From assembly GCA_965216785.1 (NCBI GenBank), contig OZ244197.1:1568001-1632000 (forward strand): DNA of 64,000 nucleotides. Reading direction: 5' to 3'. A program made the position numbers and the translations under genes. This DNA comes from Thermodesulfobacteriota bacterium (GTDB lineage: Bacteria; Desulfobacterota_D; UBA1144; Nemesobacterales; UBA2774). Position 1 is the stretch's first letter; each line of letters begins with the position of its first letter. Below the pieces are notes generated by a model that worked only from the letters and a program-made list of their open reading frames with translations, was not told the DNA's origin and searched no databases. Below, piece by piece: positions 23,655-33,566 of the stretch.

Positions 23655-24324
23655 TTAATCCTCCTTAGTATCTTCCGGTTCTGTATTTGTCTCAGTGGCT
23701 TCGCTGGACGTTTCCGCGCTCTCAGAGGTTGTAGCTGCAGCCTCTTGTTCGGTCGCTGCGCTAGTCTGGGTCTCTGAAGCGGATTCCTCAGCTGCTGTCT
23801 GGTTGTCCTGGGCGCTCGTGAAAGCGGATGCGGCCTGAGCCTCACCGGGAGAGCTTTCGGATACCGCTACCGACTCAGCACCTTCTTTCTCGCCTTCTTC
23901 GCCAAAGTCCTTAAACACAAATACCTTTCTCTCTACGACTACCTGAGACTTGTCTTCTTCTTTAACTTCCACTTCTCCTGACTGGAGCTTCTCCTCGTAT
24001 ATGTGCTTGCCTTCAATACAGGCTTCAGCGATTTTTGACGTAAAGAGGGCTTCTTCGGCTATAATGCCCTGGGCCTGTTTTTTTGTTCCGACAAAAAGAA
24101 TATCTCCACCGTTGGCTACAACATCTCTTGCATAGTCATATGATCTTTTGAATAGGCCTACAGTCTGTTGAAGATCTATAATATGTATGCCGTTTCTGCT
24201 CCCGAATATGAAGTCTTTCATCTTCGGGTTCCAGTGGCTTATCTGATGTCCGAAATGAACTCCTGCCTCCAGGAGCTGCTTCATACTTATTACATCGCCT
24301 GCTTGCTCGTGTTTCCTGTGCCAT
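23655..24324 (-). pseudogene. rpsB: 30S ribosomal protein S2, apparently disrupted (N-terminal frameshift and large central in-frame deletion) or misassembled
   Basis: [10 protein letters not shown] and [10 protein letters not shown] present; after IIAEEA the sequence jumps to [10 protein letters not shown] (no RWLGG/TN, DTN, NDDA motifs); RBS-linked ATG 24324 is out of frame with MKQLL. Confidence 0.8.
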
Positions 24325-24463
24325 TAAATAATGCCTCCTGTATTGTTCATAAATCTAACTTGTTTTATCTGCAATTCCTCTTGGGGTAAACAAACTTATA
24401 TAACATATTGCCGGGCTCTTATCAAGTTTTTAAGGGAATGGGTTTTGTTAAAAACTCGGATTA

Positions 24464-25399
24464 ATGCTATGTTTTATGCTCTTACATTATAACGGGAAAG
24501 GAAGCGTTGTGAAAGAAAGAAAGTACTTGTTTATCGTTAACCCCAAAGCCGGGAAGGGTCAAACAAAAAAATTAGTTCCTTTGTTGGAAAGAAATGGGGC
24601 TAAGCTAGGCATAGAATGTAAGTTCGTTTACACCTCCGCAAAAGGTGACGGAGAGGCAATTGCCAGAGGTGCCCGGGCCGATGGGTTTACACACGTAGTA
24701 GGTCTTGGCGGAGACGGGACGTCCCATGAAATCGTAAACGGGCTTATGGGTGATGACATCATTTTTGGTACAATACCCTCAGGAAGCGGTAATGATTTTC
24801 CGCAGGCCGCGGGAATCCCGAATGAGCCTGAACGAGCGGTACAGACTGTTTTTAACGGAAGCGTGAGAAATGTAGACGTGGGAAAGCTCGGGGGCAGATA
24901 TTTTATTAACGGACTGGGGATTGGGCTTGATGGAGCAGTAGCCAACCGCTTTAAGAGTTTCAGAATATTGGGGGGTCAGGCGGCATATCTCATTTCCTCT
25001 GTAATCGAAGCGCTCACATTCAGAGGTTTTAACGCAGAGCTGAGCATCGGCGAATGGAGCTTTAGCGGAAAGCTCTTGCTCACAGGGGCTTCAAACGGAC
25101 ATTCGCAGGGGGGTTTTAAGCTTGCCCCGGATGCCAAGGTGGATAACGGGAAACTCGATTTTCACATTATCAGGGATATGGAGCCGTTTTCCCGTCTTGT
25201 GAAAATTCCAAAAGTTCTTAAAGGGCATTACAGAGAAATAGAGGAAATGGATATAATGAGTGATAGATTCATGGAAATCACAATCTTTGATCAAGTACCC
25301 GCGCATATGGACGGACAGTCTTTTTATCTGGTGCCTGGTACCCACCGGATCGAGGTTGTCTCCGGCGCGCTGAAAGTAATGTCACTTGGTGATACGTAA
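24464..25399 (+). CDS. Diacylglycerol/lipid kinase family protein (YegS/DgkB-like; likely GTG start ~24509)
   Basis: NPKAG, GGDGT, GSGNDF, GIGLDG motifs. Confidence 0.92.
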   Translation: MLCFMLLHYNGKGSVVKERKYLFIVNPKAGKGQTKKLVPLLERNGAKLGIECKFVYTSAKGDGEAIARGARADGFTHVVGLGGDGTSHEIVNGLMGDDIIFGTIPSGSGNDFPQAAGIPNEPERAVQTVFNGSVRNVDVGKLGGRYFINGLGIGLDGAVANRFKSFRILGGQAAYLISSVIEALTFRGFNAELSIGEWSFSGKLLLTGASNGHSQGGFKLAPDAKVDNGKLDFHIIRDMEPFSRLVKIPKVLKGHYREIEEMDIMSDRFMEITIFDQVPAHMDGQSFYLVPGTHRIEVVSGALKVMSLGDT

Positions 25400-25541
25400 T
25401 ATGGGGACAGAGGCGAGCGCTTCACAGCGATGCCCGCAGGAATAAATTATGGGGACAGAGGCGAGCGCTTCACAGCGATGCCCGCAGGAATAAATTATGG
25501 GGACAGAGGCGAGCGCTTCACAGCGATGCCCGCAGGAATAA
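25400..25541. repeat. Tandem repeat, 3 x 48 bp, identical units
   Basis: Unit TATGGGGACAGAGGCGAGCGCTTCACAGCGATGCCCGCAGGAATAAAT starts at 25400, 25448, 25496. Confidence 0.97.
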
Positions 25542-25557
25542 TATAAAGGAATAAAAA

Positions 25558-26274
25558 ATGCTAAGATTCATTTATGGCTGGTTTGTTTTTATATTGCTAA
25601 CGACTTTATTTGGCATCTACGGCCTGGTGCTGGCGTTAGTCGCGCCAAATGTCGTTTCGCGCTACGCCGTTAAACCGTGGGCTAGTACTTTATTGTTTTC
25701 TCTAGGTGTGAAGGTCGTTGTTAAGGGATATGAAAATATCCCGCAAGAGCCGTGCGTTTTTATGTATAACCATCAGAGTATCTTCGATGTATTCGCTTAT
25801 ATGTCCGTATTACCCATTGAGTGGAAATCTATTATGAAAAGAAAAGTTGGGAAAATGCCCTTTATCGGCTGGGTTGCCTTAATTTCCGGACATCACGTTG
25901 TATCGAGGGACGGATCGGCCACAGACGCAAACGCGGTTAGGAGAGTAGTACGGAATATTAAAAACGGCCCGTCGGTGGTCGTGGCCCCGGAGGGTACCAG
26001 GAGTCCGGACGGCAAGCTTTTGGATTTTCAGGAAGGCGGGTTCTTGATTGCAATGATGGCTAAGGTCCCGGTTGTTACAATGGTTATAGAGGGGGGGCTT
26101 GAAAGACGCTCCAAGGTCTCAAGGGCTTTTATGCCCGGGACGATGAGAATGACTATATTCCCGAAAATAGACGTCACAAAGCTGCCAAAGGGTAAGGAAG
26201 GCCGTGAAGAGCTTATAAAAATTGTTAAATCACAGATGGAAGGTGTGCTGAATAAAAAAGAAAGAGAGGAGTGA
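25558..26274 (+). CDS. plsC: 1-acyl-sn-glycerol-3-phosphate acyltransferase (PlsC family), copy 1
   Basis: NHQSIFD and PEGTRS motifs. Confidence 0.9.
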   Translation: MLRFIYGWFVFILLTTLFGIYGLVLALVAPNVVSRYAVKPWASTLLFSLGVKVVVKGYENIPQEPCVFMYNHQSIFDVFAYMSVLPIEWKSIMKRKVGKMPFIGWVALISGHHVVSRDGSATDANAVRRVVRNIKNGPSVVVAPEGTRSPDGKLLDFQEGGFLIAMMAKVPVVTMVIEGGLERRSKVSRAFMPGTMRMTIFPKIDVTKLPKGKEGREELIKIVKSQMEGVLNKKEREE

Positions 26275-26407
26275 ACCCTGCTTTAACAAGATGTCATCCC
26301 AAGTGTATGAAGAGGCCCTTTACCTGGTGCTAAAGGGTGATAAGATAAGAGGCTTGCCCGGGCTTGAAGTAAAGTATCTTCAGAATAAATAATATCGGTA
26401 TAACTAT

Positions 26408-27130
26408 ATGTTTAATTTTGTCTACAGCTGGATTGTCATTCTAATTCTAACCGTGATCTTCGGCACATACGGTGTTGTGTTGTCGCTGATCGCTCCTAAT
26501 ATTTTAACAAAGCACGTATTTAGACCGTGGGCTAAAATGATACTTTTCGCAACAGGGGTAAAGGTGGAGGTAAGCGGGTATGAAAATATTCCAAGGGTGC
26601 CTTGTATTTTTATGTACAACCATCAGAGTGTATACGATGTGTTTTCGTATATGTCGGTGCTTCCGGTTGAGTGGAAGGCTATAATGAAAAAGGAAGTCGC
26701 CAGAATACCGTTTATCGGGTGGATTGCTTTACTTTCAGGGCATTATTTGGTTTCGAGGGATGGGTCGGCCAAAGATGCGAATGAAGTTAGAAAGATAGTT
26801 AGAAAGATTAAAAACGGACCGCCCGTGGTGCTGGCTCCTGAGGGTACCAGGAGCCCTGACGGAAAACTGCTGCCCTTTCAGGAAGGCGGGTTTCTGATAG
26901 CTATGATGGCGCAGGTTCCTGTGGTTACTATGGTGATGCAGGGCGGGCTGGAGAGGCGCTCCAAGGTCTCTAGAGCATTTGTGCCCGGAACAATGAAAGT
27001 TACTATATTCCCCCCAATTGATGTAACAAAGCTGCCAAAGGGTAAGGAAGGCCGCGAAGAGCTGATAAGAATTGTGAAGTCGCAGATGGAAGAGGTGCTG
27101 AATAAGGGTGAAAGTAAAGGCACCGTTTAA
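26408..27130 (+). CDS. plsC: PlsC-family acyltransferase, tandem paralog (copy 2)
   Basis: NHQSVYD and PEGTRS motifs; highly similar to copy 1. Confidence 0.9.
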   Translation: MFNFVYSWIVILILTVIFGTYGVVLSLIAPNILTKHVFRPWAKMILFATGVKVEVSGYENIPRVPCIFMYNHQSVYDVFSYMSVLPVEWKAIMKKEVARIPFIGWIALLSGHYLVSRDGSAKDANEVRKIVRKIKNGPPVVLAPEGTRSPDGKLLPFQEGGFLIAMMAQVPVVTMVMQGGLERRSKVSRAFVPGTMKVTIFPPIDVTKLPKGKEGREELIRIVKSQMEEVLNKGESKGTV

Positions 27131-27376
27131 TATGTCTATTCTCAGTACGATTAATAGTACGGTGGTCTGAATACAGATTGCCCACTCCCCGCTAGTGCTT
27201 ATATTTGAGTAACTTCCCTAAGTAGTCTATAATTGATTGGTTATCAGTCGGATATTGGAAGAGTGATTAACATACTGCTTGCACTAATTAAATTACGACG
27301 AGTCTTTAAGGTAAATAATTGAGTCATAATAGTTATACCCATAAGGGTCGTGAGATATGCGGAGGTTTAGTAATAT

Positions 27377-29068
27377 ATGGATAGTGGAAGGTTTGCAGAC
27401 CTTGAGCTAAAAACAATAATAACATTAACCGGAATGCCGGACCAGAAGGATTTCGTAAATCCGAGGGACCCAAAGGAAATGGCCAGGAAAGTGCGCGTAA
27501 CTTTCAGGCCGTTGCCCAGGAATTACAATAATCATATAGTAATGGGGTTTAGAGACAAGCTCAGAGACAAATTGAGCGAGCACGGAGTTGATGTTGTTCC
27601 CTGGGAGGAAGCTGCGGATGTGACGGACGGTTTTATCTCTAAGATGCTTAAGATGAGGAAGGTAAAAAGGAGCATCCATGCCGTGATTGACGTAAAAAGG
27701 GATTATTCTCTTGCGCGCAAGTTTTTTAGCGGAATTGCTGAGAAAATTTACGGCTATACCAGAAATCCCGACCGCTCGGTAATGGAAATACTGAAAGTAA
27801 GCGGTTGGGCTGATGATTTCACCGCAAGATACGTGCAGGATCCCTTCAATACCCAGATAATCACACTTATGCCTCTTGAGCCCGAGTTTGCGGATGAAGA
27901 AGTGAGCTATGACAAGAAGATCGCGATTGGGCTTAGAAACCTTATAGCAACGATGTCTGAAATAGTAATGGGCATTGCGCCCGACAGATTTTCGCTTGTT
28001 AATATGAATCTGTCGGATTCAATATTCATGAACGAAGAGCTCGACCTTTTTGTGTTAAATTCACTTATACCTAAGATTTACGCGCCAATTAAACCCCCTA
28101 TACTCGGCAGGTTTAAAAAGGGTGAGTTCGATCCGTCAAAGTCGGTATTTGCAAAACAGCTTGCGGACTTGGGTAAACAGGTAAAAGAGACCTCTCTTTT
28201 CCCTGAAGGTTCAAAGTTCAGCGACAAAATCTCAAGGCAATCGCACCGTGACGTTGTGGATAAAGTGATGGAAGGCAGAACAGGCGTGTCTTACGGTTTT
28301 ATTGCCATAGCGGAAGCGCCAAAGTACGAAGGGCAGGTTACTATAAGAAAGTCCACATGGGACAAGCTAAAGCCGGTCGAGAGTCTGGACGATGATATGG
28401 TCAGACAGAACTCAAAGGGCAGGTGGTATGTGAAGTCAAACATACGCGGAAAGGATATTTACCAGCAGGTACCGGATATTTGGATCGCCACTTCACGCTC
28501 TGGCAGTAATAAAACTAATCTTGACCCGTTGAGTGACGTTGTAAGGATAGGGCTTATAAAAGGAAAACTGTATTTAGAGACACCAAAAGATGTAGATTTG
28601 CATAGAAAGGACATAAGGCCTTCTTTTGATACATATGTAATACTGGCACAGGCAATGGCGTCGGCACTCTATACTCCAGAGCTTATTAAAGACGGGCTGC
28701 CGATACTCCATTTTCACGGATACCCTGATCCGCACTGGTTTGGAAAGAGTGAGTACTATGCGGGAGCGCGTAACCCTTCGCTTCCTTGCGGCACTGTTGA
28801 GGCAGCGCTTCTCAATTATTCAGCTATATACGAGCTCGCAAACCGAAACGGTAAGAGTATGAAGATGCTCTGTCTGGTTGAATCCGATCATGGTGTGAAC
28901 ATCATGGGTCTTGACAGAGACTATCTGGTGTCGAGGTTGAGTGATGGAGTGGACAAAGGCCATGTTATGCTGGGCGGAAAGTATCTGCCGGAGCTTAAGA
29001 AAGACGCGCTTTCATCTGAGAAGAAGCAAAAGCCCGGGAGTGTTGAGAAAAAGAGTGCTGCTAATTGA
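27377..29068 (+). CDS. Uncharacterised protein with putative C-terminal class II aldolase/adducin-like domain
   Basis: 563-aa ORF with RBS GGAGG; motifs SGSNK, RPSFD, HFHG, PCGT, SDHG. Confidence 0.6.
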   Translation: MDSGRFADLELKTIITLTGMPDQKDFVNPRDPKEMARKVRVTFRPLPRNYNNHIVMGFRDKLRDKLSEHGVDVVPWEEAADVTDGFISKMLKMRKVKRSIHAVIDVKRDYSLARKFFSGIAEKIYGYTRNPDRSVMEILKVSGWADDFTARYVQDPFNTQIITLMPLEPEFADEEVSYDKKIAIGLRNLIATMSEIVMGIAPDRFSLVNMNLSDSIFMNEELDLFVLNSLIPKIYAPIKPPILGRFKKGEFDPSKSVFAKQLADLGKQVKETSLFPEGSKFSDKISRQSHRDVVDKVMEGRTGVSYGFIAIAEAPKYEGQVTIRKSTWDKLKPVESLDDDMVRQNSKGRWYVKSNIRGKDIYQQVPDIWIATSRSGSNKTNLDPLSDVVRIGLIKGKLYLETPKDVDLHRKDIRPSFDTYVILAQAMASALYTPELIKDGLPILHFHGYPDPHWFGKSEYYAGARNPSLPCGTVEAALLNYSAIYELANRNGKSMKMLCLVESDHGVNIMGLDRDYLVSRLSDGVDKGHVMLGGKYLPELKKDALSSEKKQKPGSVEKKSAAN

Positions 29069-29177
29069 AGATTTATTACAAATGAGTATTGTAAAGTTTT
29101 AATCTGCTCGGTATATTGATCCCTTGTTAAATTTGCACTAACTAGTTCAATAGCTTGTATAAAATCCGGAAAAACAT

Positions 29178-29777
29178 ATGAATGATAAACCAAAAACCGC
29201 AAAGATATATCTTGGACGACACTGTAAGGCTGACTGGAACCTGGAGCACAGGCTCATAGGCACCACAGACCGTCCGCTTTGCGATGTGGGGCTTGCGGAA
29301 ATCGAAGAGAACAAGCCTTTAATTAAGTCCCTTGGGTTCGACAGGATTGTAACAAGCCCTCTTCAAAGGGCTTACAATACGTCTAAAGCCTATGCCGAGC
29401 ACATCGGTATACCTCTCGAAATCCATGAAGACCTGAGAGAGCTTGACCACGGTGATTGGAACGGGCAGAAATATGATGATCTTCTTTCCGATCCCGAGAG
29501 TGATTTTAAGAAGTGGTTTATTGACGGTGATACATCGATCCCTATACCCAACGGCCCCGAAACCATGGACGAGGTTCAGGAGCGGATAGTAAGAACAATA
29601 AGAGAAATCGCCCTTAAATATCCGGACGAGAGGGTGCTGGTAGTCATGCACAAGCACATTCGCTCTATATTTTCCTGCTATCTTCAGGGGATACCCCTTA
29701 GTAACTTCAGGGCGAATATTAATGAGACGGTGGAGCCGATAGAGCTTGCAGAAGAAGAGCTGACCAAAGTCCTGTAA
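29178..29777 (+). CDS. Histidine phosphatase (phosphoglycerate mutase family)
   Basis: RHC (RHG variant), SPLQRA, LRELDHGDW, VMH motifs. Confidence 0.9.
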   Translation: MNDKPKTAKIYLGRHCKADWNLEHRLIGTTDRPLCDVGLAEIEENKPLIKSLGFDRIVTSPLQRAYNTSKAYAEHIGIPLEIHEDLRELDHGDWNGQKYDDLLSDPESDFKKWFIDGDTSIPIPNGPETMDEVQERIVRTIREIALKYPDERVLVVMHKHIRSIFSCYLQGIPLSNFRANINETVEPIELAEEELTKVL

Positions 29778-29815
29778 CTGCAGGATACTAAATACTATTT
29801 AATCAAGAATACAGC

Positions 29816-30886
29816 CTATCTTAAGGGTTTATAAGACTCAAATTTGCTGTCTTGGCCCCACCCTGTAACTGACTTGTAATTCTTCCAGTCATTTCGCTTA
29901 TTCCCTTCCCATATCCATTCTTGGCTTTTAAGTTTCCAAGTATTGTTGTTAACCATATTTTTCGAAGAAGACTTATCAAACACATATAGCCCCGAGACAT
30001 CGGGGAATTCGGAATCGAATGTATTATTCTCTATTAGATTGTTTTGACTGCCGTAAATCCCGATCAAGGTGTGTTCCCGCTCGTTGGTTTCGGGCATGGA
30101 CTTGGATATGAACGTGTTATTTTTTATTACACTGTTGTAAACCCCGTAATATAGCACTATGCCCCAGGAATTGTTTTCAATTCGATTACCATCAACTACT
30201 GTACTCTCAATATGGTTTTGGCATCCCGCGCTGTTCCACTGAATACCCCTGCCCGGGTGGCGAAGAATGTGGTTCCCGCGTATCACGTTAGCATCAAGAT
30301 TGCCGCCGCACTCAAAATTTGAAAGGTATATCCCGTGGCACTGTTTGGGATTGGGCGCTCCCCCTGTGGTGCATTTGTCCGGGCCAAGGCCGTTTCCTTC
30401 TATGACGTTTTGCTCAATCAGGTTGTAGCCTGCGTTTACGATTGTGATGCCGCTAAGATTATTACTATGAATATTGTTATCTCTTATTATATTTTTGAAC
30501 CCGTAAATCTTTACTCCGTCCCAGCCGTTACGAACCTCAAAGCCTTCGAATATTATATAATCCGCATTTATCTCGACTCTTGGGAATTCATCGGGGGAGT
30601 TTGAGAAATCGAGCACCGGTTTGTGTCCCTGATAAGGTTTTACTGTTATGGGATTTACAGGTGTACCGGATGTCCTGAAGTCAAGCTTGCGGTTATAGGT
30701 GCCGTTCTTTACAAGTATAGTCTGGCCTGGCCGGACATTGGAAACAGCCTCATGTATCGTTCTGTAATCCCCGCCTCCGTTTGGGTCTACAATGGTTGTC
30801 AGTAATGAGCCTTGCGAGGCAGCTTGCTGGGCGTACGTTGATATCGCTGATGTAAAAAATAGCATAATAATAAGGATGATCGGCAT
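29816..30886 (-). CDS. Secreted right-handed beta-helix (pectin-lyase-like) protein
   Basis: Signal peptide; TIHEA..PGQTI.VKNGTY; repeated Asn-rich NxI strands. Confidence 0.82.
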   Translation of the reverse strand: MPIILIIMLFFTSAISTYAQQAASQGSLLTTIVDPNGGGDYRTIHEAVSNVRPGQTILVKNGTYNRKLDFRTSGTPVNPITVKPYQGHKPVLDFSNSPDEFPRVEINADYIIFEGFEVRNGWDGVKIYGFKNIIRDNNIHSNNLSGITIVNAGYNLIEQNVIEGNGLGPDKCTTGGAPNPKQCHGIYLSNFECGGNLDANVIRGNHILRHPGRGIQWNSAGCQNHIESTVVDGNRIENNSWGIVLYYGVYNSVIKNNTFISKSMPETNEREHTLIGIYGSQNNLIENNTFDSEFPDVSGLYVFDKSSSKNMVNNNTWKLKSQEWIWEGNKRNDWKNYKSVTGWGQDSKFESYKPLR

Positions 30887-30960
30887 GGGTTTAAATATAA
30901 CTGCTATTTACTTTTGTGCGCTAAAGTCCTATTCCCACTACACTTTCAAAAACCAATAGG

Positions 30961-30966
30961 TATAAT
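30961..30966 (+). promoter_or_regulatory. Putative native tRNA-Ser -10 box, now facing the 5' tRNA fragment
   Basis: TATAAT ~19 bp upstream of the tRNA 5' end copy; no clear -35. Confidence 0.45.
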
Positions 30967-30982
30967 AGAACTCTCACCTAGA

Positions 30983-31025
30983 ACGGAGGGCTGGCAGAAC
31001 GGCTAATGCACCGGTCTTGAAAACC
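30983..31025 (+). repeat. attL: 43-bp direct repeat equal to the 5' half of tRNA-Ser through the anticodon loop
   Basis: ACGGAGGGCTGGCAGAACGGCTAATGCACCGGTCTTGAAAACC identical to 50857-50899. Confidence 0.97.
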
Positions 31026-31162
31026 TAACTGAGCCCGAAAGTAGCGTTAAAGTCCGAATAACTCTAGTTAATAAATCGCCTTATTTTACAGTAGTATTCT
31101 AAGTTCTAAGATTAAAATACTGTTTTGCTCTATAACGCTGTTTAACGGACAATATTATCTCA

Positions 31163-31185
31163 ATCGCTACCAAAATCGCTACCAA
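31163..31185 (+). promoter_or_regulatory. Putative integrase arm-type sites (2 x ATCGCTACCAA, 12-bp period)
   Basis: Matching tandem pair at 50785-50807 near attR. Confidence 0.75.
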
Positions 31186-31249
31186 TGAGCATTCATGGTA
31201 TCTCTCGCTTATTCTTGTTTAATTATATGTTTTTTGGTATATAAGAATA

Positions 31250-31774
31250 ATGGAACAACTATTCTGGTTAATTCTTGGTTTTGTACTAGCCATTTTATGG
31301 GAAAAATATAAAGAGTGGAAACACTTTAAACATAATTTAATGATGTTATATGAAGAGATAGGAGATGCATTATTAAGTTTAGAGAGAAAATATGATGAAT
31401 TGTCTGGAGAACTTAAAAAAGTAGTTACAGCAGCTCAAGAAGGAGGCATTTCGGAAATAGGAATGGAGAACTTGAGTGGAGAACCGGTTTTTGAATTAAT
31501 GATGCCTATGAACACCTCTGCATGGGAAACATTTCTCGCTAATGGTTATCTGGGTAAATTAGATAATCAAGATGCAGAAGTAGTAAAAGAGGCATATGAT
31601 ACTTTAAAAGGAAGTGATTTTATAAAAGGATTAGTGCCAAGCCTTATAGCAGCATCTATTAGCCCAGCATTTAGTGCTAAGACACGGAATTACATGCTAC
31701 AGACTTCTAGAGTTGCTCCTTTATATCCAGTGACTTTCGCTTTACCAAAATTAAAGAAAGCATCAGAAAACTAG
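31250..31774 (+). CDS. Hypothetical protein with N-terminal TM helix
   Basis: 174-aa AT-rich ORF. Confidence 0.6.
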   Translation: MEQLFWLILGFVLAILWEKYKEWKHFKHNLMMLYEEIGDALLSLERKYDELSGELKKVVTAAQEGGISEIGMENLSGEPVFELMMPMNTSAWETFLANGYLGKLDNQDAEVVKEAYDTLKGSDFIKGLVPSLIAASISPAFSAKTRNYMLQTSRVAPLYPVTFALPKLKKASEN

Positions 31775-31959
31775 AAATTTTAATCAAGAAGGATATGTTC
31801 TCATCTTTTTGGCATTTCTTATCTAATTAAAATTATTCTCGAACAACTCGCCCGCTTCCGGCTCATCTCCCGGATCTCTATCTCTTGGGGGTGGAGGCGC
31901 ACTCTCCCCCGCATTTTCTGATTCTTCTGGTATCTGTTCCACCAGATGCATGAACTGGA

Positions 31960-32517
31960 TTATGGGCTGATTCTGCTCCCGTGGGTCTCGGTAATCTGTC
32001 GCCCATATATTGACTCTCTTACGTTACTGGGCAACCACGAATTAATTGTTTCTTTCCTGCTCAACTCGCCTTCTCTTGCTTCCCTCTTAACCCTCTCCCA
32101 TTCATAATTGAGTAAAGTTTGACTAGATTCAATTATCTTATCTAAATGTTCTGCTAATTTCTCTATTCTATCTGTGTCTGTGTAATTTAATGACTCCTTT
32201 ATCAGGTCTAAGATTTCCTTATGTTCTGTTTTGTCAGGATTTAACTGCAACTTAACGAGTTGCATGAGGTCGTCTACCTCTTTTATTATTTCATTTCTCT
32301 GAGGTGTATCCTTACCTGTAAGATTCCAGTGATAAATTAAACCACATATTTTTGCAACTGTTCGTCTAAGTTCTTCCATCCACCTTAGACGTTCTGAGGT
32401 TATAGTGTTTATGAATGTGGTTTTCTTAGAGCTTTGATACGAAAAATAAGCAGAAACCGCTGAGACGACGGCGGCTATTACAGCGGCAACAAGAGTCCAG
32501 TCAAAGGTAGTAGGCAT
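31960..32517 (-). CDS. Hypothetical protein, N-terminal TM + helical domain
   Basis: 185-aa ORF (TITSERLRWMEELR..LQLNP..EWERVK). Confidence 0.65.
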   Translation of the reverse strand: MPTTFDWTLVAAVIAAVVSAVSAYFSYQSSKKTTFINTITSERLRWMEELRRTVAKICGLIYHWNLTGKDTPQRNEIIKEVDDLMQLVKLQLNPDKTEHKEILDLIKESLNYTDTDRIEKLAEHLDKIIESSQTLLNYEWERVKREAREGELSRKETINSWLPSNVRESIYGRQITETHGSRISP

Positions 32518-32621
32518 ATTAAGCCTTTATTCTACAGCTTATGGAGGATATATTGCAAGCTCAGACCATACTTAAAGCCAGTTCCGCACCCCATCCACAT
32601 AACTCGCCAATCGACTTTAAG

Positions 32622-33482
32622 TCATTCCGAGAAGGCATCTCGATGATATGCTAGGTACTCGATATTTATATTGTGATTAGAGTCTATGATAATTTTCTTA
32701 CCAGTATCTATTACCGTGAAATCATCAGAAATGTGCAGTGTATGGGTATCAAACATAACATGATGATTGGGGCATAGACATAAAACATTTTCGATAATGT
32801 CAGGACCATTATGAGGTCTGCCTAAGGGTTTTATATGACAACATTCAGCATACGGTCCTGAAGGTGTAACTAATCTTATTCCGCAGACTTGACAACAATA
32901 ATTATAAATCCTTTTTACCTCGTTACCGACAGCTGTATTTCTTATAATGCGACTTGAAATTACATCTATCCGTGATGGCTTTCTGTTTTCAAATTCTGAT
33001 TTCTGTTTATTCTCACTATCTTTATTAAGGATATTTTCTAACGCTATCTGACCTTCTATTCTGCGTAATTTGAACCTTATAATATCTAAACCGTCAGTTC
33101 CTCTTTCTTTCCAATAATTATCTATCATATATAGACCGTCATATCTGTAGCCTTTATTTGGGGCATACATAGAGTCAAGCTCACTGCCTCTAATTACTCT
33201 TATTGGGTTTCCATCTACATAATTTTTAGCGAGAGACAAATTCCCTCTTGTGAGTGTTTGGTTAGAAATTTGTCGTCCTGTCTTTAAATCTCTGCCTCCT
33301 TGACCGGTATAAATTATGGTATCCCCTTCGTCTAGATCATCTACATAACCCCCAGACAAAACGATTGACTCTCCTCTAGATGATATGCCTTGTTGTAATC
33401 CTCTATGAATATCGGCGTCATGTAATGCTCTTCTATTCTCAAAAATTTGACCTATATTTGTACCTTCGATGTGTCCTATCAT
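32622..33482 (-). CDS. SRA/YDG-HNH endonuclease (putative modified-cytosine-dependent restriction enzyme)
   Basis: SIVLSGGYVDD, YTGQGG, YRYDGLY (SRA); CQVC..HIKPLG..NVLCLCPNHH (HNH). Confidence 0.93.
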   Translation of the reverse strand: MIGHIEGTNIGQIFENRRALHDADIHRGLQQGISSRGESIVLSGGYVDDLDEGDTIIYTGQGGRDLKTGRQISNQTLTRGNLSLAKNYVDGNPIRVIRGSELDSMYAPNKGYRYDGLYMIDNYWKERGTDGLDIIRFKLRRIEGQIALENILNKDSENKQKSEFENRKPSRIDVISSRIIRNTAVGNEVKRIYNYCCQVCGIRLVTPSGPYAECCHIKPLGRPHNGPDIIENVLCLCPNHHVMFDTHTLHISDDFTVIDTGKKIIIDSNHNINIEYLAYHRDAFSE

Positions 33483-33536
33483 AACCTTAATTTCTCCTCA
33501 GCTTAGAGTAAAACCTCAGTAAAGTAAATTAACCCC

Positions 33537-33566
33537 TTGACAGTCCTGATACAAATTAGCTACATT
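33537..33566 (+). promoter_or_regulatory. Putative sigma70 promoter for xis-primase
   Basis: TTGACA-18bp-TACATT. Confidence 0.5.

Noticed and set aside
25400-25541. Possible CRISPR array
   Set aside because: Units are contiguous and identical with no unique spacers; no cas genes
30985-31025. Second tRNA-Ser gene
   Set aside because: Stops after the anticodon arm, with no T-arm or acceptor 3' strand; it is attL
31830-32030. Overlapping GC-richer reading-frame fragment on the minus strand
   Set aside because: No start or recognisable family; probably a gene remnant, too weak to call
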